Assembly: GCF_006345805.1 (NCBI RefSeq)
Contig: NC_043019.1
Span: 4,959,360-5,023,359 of the forward strand
Reading direction: 5' to 3'
Source of the DNA: Octopus sinensis
Taxonomy: Eukaryota
DNA: 64,000 bases
Position 1 is the first letter of the stretch, and each line of letters opens with the position of its first letter. The notes under the pieces were generated by a model that did not search any database, was not told the origin of the DNA, and was given only the letters and a program-made list of their open reading frames with translations. Below are positions 1-13,267 of this stretch, piece after piece. The position numbers were made by a program, and so were the translations under genes.

Positions 1-2890
1 TTGTTCAGTTTGGGTATCCTGCACGAGATCAATAGCAAATTTTTTGCTTTCCTTTATGATAGAATGAAGCTTCTTTCGTCTCTCGTGATTTTCCACGAGC
101 TTTAGCATCCAGTCATTCGTTATATCGAGATATTTGGCCAGTCCAATTGTAGTTGTTTTGTAAGCTAGTTCAAATTGGATCAGGCCTCGACCTCCTTGGG
201 CTCTGGGAAGGTAAAGGCGATCTACGTCTGCCTTTGGGTGGTGCATCCTATTACAACTCAGCAGCTTGCGTATTTTCCTATCTATATTCTTTACTTCACT
301 CATGTTCCAGTTCAACACATTGTAGCTATAAGTAACAACTGGAACTGCTAAGGAATTTATAGCTAACACCTTGTTACGTGCATTAAGTTCAGATTTCAGG
401 ACTTCACGAACTCTCCTATAACATTCCTTCCTGATCTTCTCTTTCATGCTTGCATGCTGAATACCAGAGCCTTCATTTATCCCTAACTATTTGTATGTTT
501 GTTCTTGCTCAAGCTCTCTTATGACTGTGTCAACATCTAACACGACTGAATTTGTGGTCTTCACTTTCCCTTTCTGGAAAGTGGCCTTGGCACACTTCTC
601 AAGTCCAAACTCCATCCCGATGTCATCGCTGAATGCTTTCACAGTGCGCAATAGGCCTTCAAGTTCATTATTGTCTTTACCATAAAGTTTTAAGTCATCC
701 ATATAAAATAGATGGCTTATTTTTTTATTGGCAATTTTATACCCATACCCTGTTCTGTTTAATTCACTTGTAAGGGGTATTAGGGCTATGCAGAATATTA
801 AAGGTGAAAGTGAGTCACCTTGAAAAATTCCACAGTTGATGTTTATATTTTCTGAGGCAAGTACTCCATTAGAGTGGTATAATTGGAGATTCGTATTCCA
901 CAACAACATATTGTGCTTCAGGAAGTTTGAAATCACGGGGGAAATTTTGAAGATGTCCAGCGATTTCAAGATCCATGGATGCGGTATACTGTCGAAGGCC
1001 TTTTTATAGTCAATCCATGCGGAGCTGAGATTTCTGCGCTTGTTGTGACAGTTCTCAAGGATCATACGATTAATTAGCAGTTGATCTTTGCATCCGTAAG
1101 AGCCTCGGCGGCACCCTTTTTGTTCAATGGGGAAAATATCGTTCTTCTCCATGAATGCATATGTTTTCTCCGCCAGGATAGATGTTATACATGGTGGATA
1201 GACAGGTTATAGGCCGATAGTTTTTTGGAAGGTTAGTTTCGTTATTCTTTGGGAGTAGGTAAGTAATACCACTTGCTAACCATTCAGGTGTTTTCTTTGG
1301 GTCTCTCATAATTCCATTGAGCAGCTGAACTAGCTTACCGTGTGCGCATGGGAGCGATGCGAGCCAGAAATTCGGCACCCTATCTTTACCGGGGGATTTC
1401 CAATTATGGGCCTTCGTGCGTGCCTTTCTTAGGTCTGCTATTGTGATGTCTTCCCATGCTTGTTGTTGTAAATTTTGGTAGGATCCTTCAGTTTGTATAA
1501 TCCAGTCTGCATTTATGTTGTACGTCTTCTTGTCACTCCAAATCCTTCTCCAAAAGTTTTGAACTTCTTCCATGGGAGGGCGGTCTTTAACGGTTACTTT
1601 CTCCTTCCCTATTTCTCTGTAGAATTTTTTGGCATTGGATGTGAACAGCTTATTTTGCTTGTAAAACTTGTTTCTCTTCTCAAATCTTCGTATTCTTTGG
1701 GCTTTTGCTTGGACTTTTTGTTTCAGCGTTTCTTTTATTGATATCAGTTCTTCTCTTGGTGAGGATCCAAATTTTCTCTTCATCTTTCTTCCTGTTCTGG
1801 ATCTTACATCATTTCCACATATTAGTTCATTTAATATTGATATTTCCCCTCTCATAAATTCAATCTCTTTTTCAATTTTACTTCTCCAGGTTTGATTTCT
1901 TCCCAGGTTTGGTTTTCTTTGTTTCTTCGGGGGCATACAGCTGGTTTCAATTGCCCTAGCAGAAGCGTAAATAATTTCATTTAACTCAGTAAAATCAGGT
2001 TTTAATTCTTGTATTATTTCATTTGTTACATAGTTGCCAATTTGAATTTGTTTTTTATTTTGGTTTGTATTTGAGAGTTTATGAAGTGGTTCTCTATCAT
2101 TCATACTTGTATGTCTTACAACTTCAAGCGTATTCAGGATTTTCTGCCTCATTTCTGCCATAGACTCTCTGTGTTCTTCAGCAAATGCGAGATCTTCAGT
2201 TACTGTTGTTTTATCATTTTCCTGGCTATCTTTAACAGGTACAATAGAATTTCTTGTATCTTCAGGCCTTTGCGTACTTTGGTCAGATGGCAGTCTTTCA
2301 ACTATACTGTTCATCTGATTCTTCATTTCCTTTGTGTCTTATATTTATGTCATTTTCCATTGCGTGCTTGATCGCACTTATTTCACTGTCTGTGAGTCTG
2401 TTATTTCTAAGGATATCCCTCCTCACATTTGCTAATTTGTTCTCGTCCAAATAGGGCCTACTGTCTTGATTCCATGTTCTCCATATACTGTAAGAGATTG
2501 CGGTGTGTCTCTCTTGAGATGGCCTACCTAATGCATAGTAATAAGCGTATATTACTTCTTTATACTCTTCTCGGGTCCATTTGTTCTGCTTACATTTTTC
2601 TTTCTGTGGTGGTTGTGGTGGTGAACTTGGAGGGCTCGAGTTGGGGGATTTCCCGTTCAAGTGACCATCCATGTCCGTATTCGGAGAAGAGTTTGTGCCA
2701 GTTGATGACTTTTCGATCCCAGGCTGGCTCTTCCCTGGGGGACGCGCTTCCAGATTAACCATAGGACAAGCGATTTGGTATACTGATTTAGTTTTCCTTT
2801 TAGTTTCCAAAAACATTTTGGTGCTACGATAATGTTATCATTTTTGAGCTCTGATTGGCTCGTGGGGAGACGGCCATCATTGCCGTTACA
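1..2890 (-). mobile_element. Decayed R4/Dong-clade (RLE-type) non-LTR retrotransposon; 5' end in window, 3' end beyond position 1
   Basis: Overlapping minus ORFs 2298-2816, 1124-2326 and 487-1152 join across two frameshifts. They give an R4-like N-terminus (WTREEYKEVIYAYY...LTDSEI) and RT motifs KSPGKDRVPNFW, NYRPITCLSTMY, WIDYKKAFDSIPH, GIFQGDSLSPLIF and LFYMDDLKLY. YK*LG (normally YKYLG) has a nonsense codon at 487-489, and homologous sequence continues to position 1. Confidence 0.9.
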
Positions 2891-3153
2891 ATTATATCTT
2901 ATTATTATTACTATTATTATTATTACTATTATTATTATTATTGTTATTGTTATTGTTATTATTGTTATTGTTATTATTATTATTATTATTATTATCATTA
3001 TTATTACTATTATTATTATTATTGTTATTGTTATTATTGTTATTGTTATTATTATTATTATTACTATTATTATTATTATTATTATTACTATTATTATTAT
3101 TATTGTTATTGTTATTATTGTTATTGTTATTATTATTATTATTACTATTGTTA

Positions 3154-3196
<43 letters not shown>

Positions 3197-3258
3197 TATT
3201 ATTATTATTGTTATTGTTATTATTGTTATTGTTATTATCATTATTATTACTATTGTTA

Positions 3259-3289
<31 letters not shown>

Positions 3290-3330
3290 CATCATTATTA
3301 TTATTACTATTATTATTATCATTATTACTA
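2891..3330. repeat. (ATT)n microsatellite with patterned GTT/ACT/ATC variant units
   Basis: Seen directly; explains the poly-I/Y/L/N ORFs. Confidence 0.98.
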
Positions 3331-3338
3331 TTTTGCAG

Positions 3339-3422
3339 GTGCAACCCAACTCAAGCAGTCTGTTGTACAATACCCTTTTGGAACTCTACCTCCAAAATAC
3401 TGGACATGAAACAGAACCTGTG
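3339..3422 (+). CDS. VPS11: VPS11 exon (first in window): VQPNSSSLLYNTLLELYLQNTGHETEPV
   Basis: ttttgcag acceptor, gtttgt donor, phase 0/0; resembles human VPS11 segment ...QGIYDTLLELRLQNWAHEKDPQ (recalled). Confidence 0.92.
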
Positions 3423-4173
3423 GTTTGTTTAAAACTTTCTTAACCTCTTTCTCTGATTTGCACTTCCCTAGTCTTATTTAAATCAGAAGAAATATATATA
3501 TTGGCTTGAAAAAAAACTACTTATCTTAGATGTTGTGAAACGGGTTGACATGTTCCTGAATATGAATCACAGCTATAATAATGTTGGTCTACCTACCAAC
3601 TAAACTGTTCCCTGTTTTTAACCTAGCATTTGTGTTGTGCTCTGTCCTTAATCAAGACACTCAACTTCAATATGTCAGTGATATAAAGAAGCATGCATTT
3701 TGCACTAAAAGCCAATATGAGAGTGTCTCTCGCGGTTTCTACCACAGTATAGTTTGTTCTAACAGAACACCCATGTTTATGTGGGGATAAATATTACCTC
3801 TCGGTATTAATACTGCCTCTGTCACTAATATGTATTTATTATTATCGTTATTTTTAAAACGAATGTAATTTGAGAGAGATTTGCCTACTATTTCTAGCAG
3901 GTCAAACAACTATGTACTAAAGACTTCGTTAGTAGGTCAAATTAATGTGTAATTAGTTTGTTGATTTCATTATTAATTTCAAATACTTCCATTAGCAAAA
4001 CTTATGTGATATATAATTAGAAGGCAATTTTGATTAATTGTTCTGTTTATAATAACAGAAATGTCTCGCCATAATAGGAGAAAAATATTAGTAATTAGTA
4101 ATTAATTAACATAATTGCCAAGCTGATCAAACAAGAAAACAGCTCTGAGTGTTTCTGGTTTCCTTTATACACC

Positions 4174-4359
4174 ATTGTCATCTTTCACGCTAAGAGTTGC
4201 TGAAGCATGGAACAAACTGCCGGCATCAGTTGTTAGTTGTCGGAGCACTGCATCCTTCAAAACTTCCATGCTTCCTGAGATTCGCCAACACTACACCTGA
4301 TTTTCTCCCCTCCATACACACGCAAGCATGTATCTGACTCATACATTGTTTGCTTCCCA
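4174..4359 (+). mobile_element. CR1-like LINE 3' fragment (FTLRVAEAWNKLPASVVSCRSTASFK)
   Basis: RT C-terminal RV..WN.LP motif; same family as 57345-58739. Confidence 0.75.
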
Positions 4360-4527
4360 GACTGTGGCCATGCTGGAGCACCACTTTTTTTAGTCGAGCA
4401 AATCAACCCCAGGACTTATTCTTTGTAAGCATAGTACTTATTCTATCGGTCTCTTTTACCGAACTGCATCGGTTGTCAAGCGATGTTGGGGGGACAAACA
4501 CAGACGCACAAATATACACACACACAC

Positions 4528-4590
<63 letters not shown>

Positions 4591-4750
4591 TATACATGAC
4601 GGGCTTCTTTCAGTTTCCGTCTACCAAATCCACTCACAAGGCTTTGGTCTGCCCGAGGCTATAGTAGAAGACACTTGCCCAAGGTGCCACGAAGTAGGAC
4701 TGAACCCAGAACCATGTGGTTTGTAAGCAAGCTACTTACCACACAGCCAT
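4360..4750 (-). mobile_element. tRNA-derived SINE family A (internal (CA)n(TA)n tract)
   Basis: Minus-strand head has A box TGGCTGTGTGG and B box GGTTCAGTCC; multicopy in window. Confidence 0.9.
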
Positions 4751-4971
4751 TATTATTATTTATTATCTTGTATCCTGAAATACATGGTCTTATTTCTACC
4801 ACTGAGAAATTAGACCAAGTGATGCCATATATGTTGGCATATATATATAAATGTGTGGATGTAGATGTAAGTAGTTACCAAAGTAGGGATTAGCCATCTT
4901 CAACGCTAATCATTTATGCTACTCCCTAAGATTTGACCCTTTAGCATTCAGATCACTCTGTTAAATATAAT

Positions 4972-5374
4972 ACTCTTTACTCTTTTACTTGTTTCAATCA
5001 TTTGACTGCAGCCATGCTGGAGCACCTCCTTTAATCGAGCAACTCGACCCCGGGACTTATTCTTTTGTAAGCCCAGTACTTATTCTATCGGTCTCTTTTG
5101 CCGAACCGCTAAGTAACGGAGACATAAACACACCAGCATTGGTTGTCAAGCAATGCTAGGGGGACAAACACAGACACACAAACACACACACACATACATG
5201 TACATATATACGACGGGCTTCTTTCAGTTTCCGTCTACCAAATCCACTCACAAGGCTTTGGTCGGCCCGAGGCTATAGTAGAAGACACTTGCCCAAGGTG
5301 CCATGCAGTGGGACTGAACCCGGAACCATGTGGTTGGTAAGCAAGCTACTTACCACACAGCCACTCCTGTGCCT
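4972..5374 (-). mobile_element. SINE family A nested in a piggyBac-type MITE (about 4934-5566)
   Basis: Full copy; flanks carry ccctttagcatt... and ...aaagggttaa MITE ends. Confidence 0.85.
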
Positions 5375-5867
5375 AATGTGTATTAATTCACATTATTTTG
5401 AATTGACCTGCATCATCTTGTAGCTTCAAGATTTCGATGATGTGATTGTTTAGTTTTAGATTACCATGTAGGATAGGTGTGAGGGGCTGGATCTGGCCAG
5501 TCCAAACATGAAGCAGGTAGAATATTTAGGCCAGATGTGACCAGTTTAAAAACGCTAAAGGGTTAAAGTTCTCATGCCCAGAGTATAAAATACCTCTCCC
5601 TCTCCCCTATTTTGGGTGGTGGGAGAGAAATTTTCTTTAGGCTAAAAAGTCTTTTATGCTGGTGTATATGGTCATTCATTTATAAAGGGCCATTGGCTGT
5701 TTATGTTTTAAGGATAAAATGGTTGGAAACATTGTAAGCGATCAAAACACACCTTATAGTGTTCCTTTATTAAATTATCAATTAACCTTATTTCTTGGGA
5801 CCATTCAGTGTTTTTACAAGCATTTTGGTCTAATACACTGCTTATTGTAGACCACCAAGCAATAATC

Positions 5868-6195
5868 TATATATATAAACGACAAAATGTCTGTGTGTCC
5901 TTTATACAAATTCACAATTTTTCAGTTAGAGGGCTCGCACTTTCTATGGTCATTCAAAACCGTCCAAGGGTGGTCGTGCACATCGTTACATTTCCCCAGT
6001 CACCCCACAAAGCAATTAAAAAATCAATAGAAGTGACCCTTTTGTGAATTTTCTATCCAAAACCCAATCAAAATGCCCAAAACTTGATACGCCAATTGAA
6101 TGCCAGCTAGCCGTATGTGATTGGTCAGAGATTTGGACAGTACTCGCGTGTATGTGCGCACGCACGCAGCTGTATATGCATGCACTAGCACTATA
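5868..6195 (+). mobile_element. Non-autonomous Helitron-like element, family 2 (3' hairpin deleted)
   Basis: 5' TCTATATATAAAC start; homologous to the inverted copy at 32870-33214. Confidence 0.65.
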
Positions 6196-6417
6196 TCTCT
6201 ACTGATGACAGCAAAGAAACCAGAGACACCTGGAGTTGTCTCCTTTGGTCTTGCTTACCTCAAAACGACCCTATTTAAGTCTACTTTGATTAATTTTGAT
6301 GTTTAAAAAAAACATTGGTAATAGTTAATCCACAATTATGTTACTAAAATAGGAAGTCGGTGGCCCCTTTTCTGCAATGTACATTAAACATTAGAGCTGT
6401 ACTTTGTGATATTTCTA

Positions 6418-6461
6418 TATTATTATTATTATTATATTATTATTATTATTATTATTATTAC

Positions 6462-6539
<78 letters not shown>

Positions 6540-6632
6540 TATTATTATTACTATTACTATTATTATTACTATTATTATTATTATTATCATTATTATTATT
6601 ATTATTATTATTATTAATAATGATAATAATTT
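6418..6632. repeat. (ATT)n microsatellite
   Basis: Seen directly. Confidence 0.98.
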
Positions 6633-6756
6633 ATAAAAATCAATGTAACTCTTCCACAGAGGTAAATAGACAATAAGGGAGAGCATGAAGGGATTTGTAA
6701 TAGAGATTGTTTATTGAACAGATTAATATTTCAACAGATCATCTGTCTTCCTCAAG

Positions 6757-6990
6757 TTCATCATCATCATCATCATCGTTTAACATCCGTTTTCCATGCT
6801 AGCATGGGTTGGACGGTTCAACTGGGGTCTGGGAAGCCAGGAGGCTGCACCAGGCCCAGTCTGATCTGGCAGAGTTTCTACAGCTGGATGCCCTTCCTAA
6901 CGCCAACCACTCCGAGAGTGTAATGGGCGCTTTTTACGTGCCACCGGCACGGAGACCAGTCGGAGGGGGGGGGGGCTGGCTACGGCCACA
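6757..6990 (-). mobile_element. SINE family C with RTE-type (GAT)n tail
   Basis: catcatcatcgtttaac...ggatgcccttcctaacgccaacc; multicopy. Confidence 0.8.
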
Positions 6991-8506
6991 TTCAGATGGT
7001 TCTTTTAACCAAAATGTAAAATGAACCCGAAGAAGACAGACAATCTGTTGAAATATTAATCTCTTCAATAAACAATCTCTATAATTTTTTATTTATTTAT
7101 TGTTGTTATTATTATCATTATCATTATCATTATTATTTGTAATATTATTATTATTATTAAGGCAGTGAGCTGGCAGAATCGTTAACATGCCAGGCAAAAT
7201 GCTTCAGGCATTTCATCCGTCTTTACAGTCTGAATTTCATTGAGGCCAACTTTGCCTTTCATCCTCTTGGATTGATAAAATAAGTACCAACTTAATCAAC
7301 TTACTCTTCCTCTGACCTTGCTGGCTTTGTGCCAAAATTTGAAATTATTATTTGAGAGATGCAGCATGAAGTTTTGTCAGTGAACAGGTCGTGGTCTCAA
7401 AGCGACGAAAACATTTTGACAAATTAAACTTAAATGTTGAAGCGAATCAAACGGCTTTTGTGTGTTTCTTAAATGGCTTATAAACACCTTCCACGCTGCA
7501 ATTATTATTATTGTTATTATTATCATTGGTAGATGTGTTGTAGGGTTTATATGCCCTTTTGTGTTCTGAGCACAAGTTGATAAAATAAGCATTAAGTATT
7601 GGAAGGGGGAGCTCAACTGCTCACCCCTTCTTTAATCCATTGCCTTGTGCCTGTTCTTACCTTATTATCCTACCTTATTGTATAAAACAATATATAATAA
7701 AATAAATTGTTAGTATTATCATTTTCCTTAATCACATCCGTTTGGTAATAATTTTTATTGCTGACCTCGGTAGGTTGAAATCTTCTTTTAATAGTCAACA
7801 AATTGGAAATTATCATCTTTACCATTATTTATCTATTTTGTTTCTTTACATGTGATGATGGCACTTTTGCGCTTTGATTCTGGATTTTTTTAAGGCCAAG
7901 TCAAAAACGGTATAATTTTTAAGAATGAATCTTTTCTGATACCTTATTTTCTTCCTTCCTCTCTAACATCTAGCCTCCCTCTTTACCATCATTAAAAGCT
8001 ACATCATCATCATTATCACCATCAGCTTCCCTTTTTCTCTGCTTTTCCCTGCTGGCAAGGGATGGATGGGTTGCTATACTAAGCAGGTTGAGGGACCACA
8101 TCTCACTTATGCATTTTTGGGGTTTTTTTGGTGGGGGACATTGTTTCTACAGCTGGGGGTTTCTTTGTAACATATCCCAGTTTGCAGTTTGCTCTGTATG
8201 CATTTTGTGGCTCCTACACCAGAGGGATTGCTTCGACGACCATGAAGAACTGAAGAACATACACTGGAAATAGTTGTGTCCAAATTCCTGGATACAAGCA
8301 TGAAACCATGGTACAGAAACAATTCTAAGCACTTCACTCATACATACTCTATGCTCTTTGGGATTCTTTGAGTCCATGTGAGCACTTTGCTATTTTACAA
8401 GAAAATCAAAAGCTCCAACATGTGTGTATGGTGTGTGTCTGTATATATTGAATTAGTGTTTAAGCACTGGAGATTATATATATATATATATAACAAACAC
8501 ATAACA

Positions 8507-9889
8507 AATACCATCCGATCGTGGCCGTCCGCCAGCCTCATCTGGCACCTGTGTCGGTGGCACATAAAAACACCAACCGAAGACCCGGCAAGACTAGTCA
8601 GGCCATAACCCGTGGCCCCTACTTGGGACGTAGTCAGTCCACCTTTGCATACCTTCCTTCCTTCTTGTGACACTTGTGAAGACCTGTGAAGACCTGTTGA
8701 GGCAAGTTAAAATCAAATCAAATCAAATCAAAATAGATGAACATCAATGGAATTTGTATCTTTGTGGTACCAGTGCCGGTGGCACACAAGAAAATCATCC
8801 GAACGTGGCCGTAGCCAGTACCGCATCGACTGGCCTCCGTGCTGTGGGCACGCAACAAACACCATCCGATCGTGGCCGTTCGCCAGCCTCATCTGGCACC
8901 TGTGTCGGTGGCACATAAAAACACCATCCGAAGACCCGGCAAGACTAGTCAGGCCATAACCCGTGGCCCCTACCTGGGACGTAGTCAGTCCACCTGTGCA
9001 TACCTTCCTTCTTGTGACACTTGTGAAGACCTGTTGAGGCAAGTGAAAATCAAATCAAATCAAAACAAATCAAAATAGATGAACATCAATGGAATTTGTA
9101 TCTTTGTGGTACCAGTGCCGTGGCACACAAGAAAATCATCCGAACGTGGCCGTAGCCAGTACCGCATCGACTGGCCTCCGTGCTGTGGGCACGCAACAAA
9201 CACCATCCGATCGTGGCCGTTCGCCAGCCTCATCTGGCACCTGTGTCGGTGGCACATAAAAACACCATCCGAAGACCCGCAAGACTAGTCAGGCCATAAC
9301 CCGTGGCCCCTACCTGGGACGTAGTCAGTCCACCTGTGCATACCTTCCTTCTTGTGACACTTGTGAAGACCTGTTGAGGCAAGTGAAAATCAAATCAAAT
9401 CAAAACAATCAAAATAGATGAACATCAATGGAATTTGTATCTTTGTGGTACCAGTGCCGGTGGCACACAAGAAAATCATCCGAACGTGGCCGTAGCCAGT
9501 ACCGCATAGACTGGCCTCCGTGCTTTGGGGACGTAACAACACCATCCGATCGTGGCCGTCCGCCAGCCTCATCTGGCACCTGTGTCGGTGGCACATAAAA
9601 ACACCATCCGAGCGTGGCCGTCTGCCAGCCTCGTCTGGCACCTGTGTCAGTGGCACATAAAAACACCATCCGAGCGTGGCCGTTCGCCAGCCTCGTCTGG
9701 CACCTGTGTCGGTGGCACATAAAATCACCCACTACACTCTCGGAGTGGTTGGCGTTAGGAAGGGCATCCAGCTGTAGAAACACTGCCAGATCTGACTGGC
9801 CTGGTGCAGCCTTCGGGCTCCCCAGACCCCAGTTGAACCGTCCAACCCATGCTAGCATGGAAAACGGACGCTAAATGATGATGATGATA
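8507..9889 (+). repeat. Tandem array (about 340-bp period) of a chimeric SINE-C body with two alternative RTE-type tails
   Basis: Unit start aaatagatgaacatc at 8731, 9073 and 9412; three units end in (AAATC)n, the last in (GAT)n. Confidence 0.85.
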
Positions 9890-10569
9890 TATATATATAG
9901 AACTCACATAAAGAATCTTGCAAACCAAATCCAAAAACGAAATATATATGTATTAAATTAGTGCTTAAGCAGTGGGAAAATATATGCATTGAATTGAAGC
10001 ATTCAGTTCTATGACATACCATTAAACTCCAACCCCTAACAGGAATGGATTTGCAAAACTGAGAAAAACAAATGTTCGGAGAATATTTGGAAGAATCGAA
10101 AACAAAGGATTAGGCAGACAGGTTCTACGTTGTTGCTGAATTTATTTGGATTAACATCCAAATCTCTTCCCAAGTTGCACGTAACTGTCTTAAGGGGAAG
10201 TTACACACTTTTGTTGTCTTAATCCTTTTGATACCAATCCGGCTGAAACCGCCTCTGGCTCTGTAGTACAAATGTTTTGTTTTTATAAGTTTTAAATTAA
10301 AATCTTCCACCAAACTTTAGTCACGATTTATGTTCCTATCACTAGCTTAATGATAACTAAGTTAATTTGCTAAATTTTTTGTTATATTTAAAATTAAAAT
10401 TAAAGAAAAACAGAGCATCTCAAAATAAATACGGTAACGAAAGGGTTAATACATATCTAACTTGGTGGCAGTGGAGCAGAGATTGTTACTGCAAAGTCTC
10501 AAGCAGACATGGGATTAGTAGCATTCCACCTCTGACAATCTCAACCTTTTTTTTTATTTTTTTTATTGT

Positions 10570-10680
10570 TAGGCCTAGTGGTTAGAGCAGCGGTCGAGGG
10601 ATCGCGGGTTCGAATCTCAGACCGGGCGATGTGTGTGTTTATGAGCGAAACACCTAAGCTCCATGCGGCTCCAGCAGAAG
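10570..10680 (+). mobile_element. tRNA-derived SINE family D, 5' fragment
   Basis: ggcctagtggttagagc...ggttcgaatctcagac; matches the copy at 11098. Confidence 0.75.
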
Positions 10681-11097
10681 TGCTTAGTGCTTTGGGCTCA
10701 TGATGATAAGATTATAGTTTCAATTCCTGGACCAGGCAATGCATTGTGTTAGTTCACTCAAAAATGAGTAACCCTGCAATGGGCTGGTGTCCCATCCAGG
10801 GGTAAATATATGTGCCAAAGAAACAAGGAAACTAGCCCCAACAAATCTATATGACTTGGCAAAGATAGTGTATTACAGGCTACTTTATCCTATGTGTTAT
10901 TCCCTTTTTAAGACATGGGGATTGAAGGAGATTTATATGCTGTTTCTATCTGGTCAATCAACAACATAGAAACCCCATCCCTGTGGCTTGTTGTTCTAGG
11001 AGTATAAAAGGCACAGATCGCCATGTGTCAGTGGGGTAACAGTTATCGTATATTGGTGAGTGGATGGAGGTTTGTCTCTCAGCCAGATACCCTCTTG

Positions 11098-11383
11098 TGG
11101 AGGCACATGGCCTAATAGTTAGAGCAACGGACTCGCGGTCGAGGAATCGCAGGTTCGAATCTCAGACTGGACGATGTATGTGTTTAAGAGCGAAACACCT
11201 AAGCTCCACGTGGCTCCGGCAGAAGGTAATGGCGAAACTTCTGCTGACTCTTTCGCCACAACTTTCTCTCACTCTTTCCTCCTGCATCTTGCAGCTCACC
11301 AGGTGGGGAACCTATACGCCAAGGAAACCGGGAAACCGGCCCTTATGAGCCAGGCATGACTCGAGAAGGAACAAACAACAACA
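11098..11383 (+). mobile_element. tRNA-derived SINE family D with (AAC)n tail
   Basis: A box TGGCCTAATAGTTAG, B box GGTTCGAATC, tail aacaaacaacaaca. Confidence 0.8.
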
Positions 11384-11636
11384 GATACCCTCTTCATGAA
11401 TGCAATCAGTGTATCTTTGCCTCAGAACAAGGCTTCCAGAATAATCAACATGATCCAACAGCATGAAAATGTTTTCATCTTCTTAAGAAACAGCATGCAC
11501 TCCACCTCGCATCACCCTATAACACACCCTGTTAAACCTTCAACTAAACTTCTTCAATATCAATACTAAAAAAAAAAGTCTGTATTTTATTCTTTTCTCT
11601 TTTTTATTTGCATATCTTTTGTTTTTTGTTTTTAAG

Positions 11637-11687
11637 AGCAAAGAAGATAAAGAGAGAAAAACTCTTGAATTACTTCAAGGATCAAAG
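11637..11687 (+). CDS. VPS11: VPS11 exon: SKEDKERKTLELLQGSK
   Basis: Long pyrimidine tract plus tttaag acceptor, gtgagg donor, phase 0/0; fills the gap equivalent to human VKEKLHAEAISLLKS. Confidence 0.85.
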
Positions 11688-12237
11688 GTGAGGCACCCTA
11701 AAATACCTTTCTTTTCCTGCCACTACCATCAATATTACTTGACAATTACCGTATCTTCATATGTTGTTTCTGTTGTTGTCCAATACTAACTCAGTCCCAA
11801 TTGAGCAAACCTATGTTCAAAGGTATCCCATCTGACCATGCCCATCCTATCTTATTTTCAGACATAAGGTATTAGGGACTACATCCCATCTTTCTAAGAT
11901 GGTGTCTTGTGAGTTGAAGATTTGGTTGCTATTTTTAGCAGATCAAGCATCCACAGAGAGGCAATTTGTTGATTCATATCTTTACATATAATGTCATTTG
12001 CTTGTCTGGCCTAACCCTAGTGTTCACAGTGACAGCCATGTAAACCTGTGATTTCTCAAAATAGACTGTAACACCCACACTAAACAAAACTTATCCCATG
12101 CATTGAATAGTGAACTTTACTCAGTCAGCTGTTTGACGTGAACTGCGTTCAAGATATAAAAACGAATCGCCGTAAACATTGTAGAAATTTGGCAAAGAAA
12201 TGAATTTTCAGGATGTAGCCTGGAGGGTTTTTTCGTA

Positions 12238-12239
<2 letters not shown>

Positions 12240-12275
<36 letters not shown>

Positions 12276-12283
12276 TATGTATG

Positions 12284-12316
<33 letters not shown>

Positions 12317-13185
12317 GAGAGTATGATAGAAGGCTAACTCTTCTTTCCGTAGAAGAAAAAATTCAAATCAGGCCATGTTAACTCCAAAAATTATTTACAT
12401 CAAAAAGGTGCCTTTTTTCTATGAAAATCCCTATTTTTTACGATGTTTTGACTGCTGTGTCGCCATTTTTCGGTGTATTTCACTTAAAGAGAATAACAAG
12501 CTACATACTGCCAAATTTTTACTGTTCAAAAATTCCAATTCTAAAGGGTCTAAACAAACCGCAACACCGGGCGATACTGCTAGTATATATATATGTGTGT
12601 GTGTGTGTAATTAATAATATCAGGGTAATAAAGATTTTAGAAATTTTTACTACCTGTGGCCTAGCGTGTAGAAAAATTTAGTCAATAGACTATTATTCAT
12701 ATAAATACAGCATACATTTAAACACATAAGAGGTATCCGTCAAAGGATTCCTTTCATGCTAGAAGGAACAGCTAAAGTCCAAACCACTATTAGGAATAAA
12801 AAAAACTCGAAGGGAATGAAAAATAAAAAACATTTACCATCTGGAAAATTGTTCGAAGAAATGCCAGTACTTTCTTGCTGCCAACAAAAGACTGCACTTG
12901 CGCAGTAGATCTGAAAATATATAATGTATAAGCAAGAGGCACAAGCTGGATTTGCCTCGTACTTATATGTTTAATCTAGGCATACCTGTTGATGAAGACT
13001 TCGCCTAGCAAATTATTTTATTTTATTTGCTAAAAAAAGTCAGAAACCATGGTCCAGGAAATAGATGATAAATGTTTTTATTTTTCATTCCCTTCGAGTT
13101 TTTATCCCTAATAGTTGTTTGGACTTTAACTGTTCCTTCTAGCGTGAAAGGAATCCTATGTTTAAATGTACACTGTATGTATATA

Positions 13186-13226
<41 letters not shown>

Positions 13227-13234
13227 TATGTATG

Positions 13235-13267
<33 letters not shown>

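Noticed and set aside
2650-2890. HDV-like ribozyme at the Dong 5' end
   Set aside because: Could not assign P1/P2/P3/P1.1 confidently by eye; left as a check only.
2657-3443. Long poly-I/Y/L/N ORFs
   Set aside because: Translations of the (ATT)n microsatellite; only 3339-3422 is a real exon.
11098-11170. tRNA genes (also the SINE A and B heads)
   Set aside because: A/B boxes are present but there is no complete acceptor stem or oligo-T terminator, and each continues into a SINE body.
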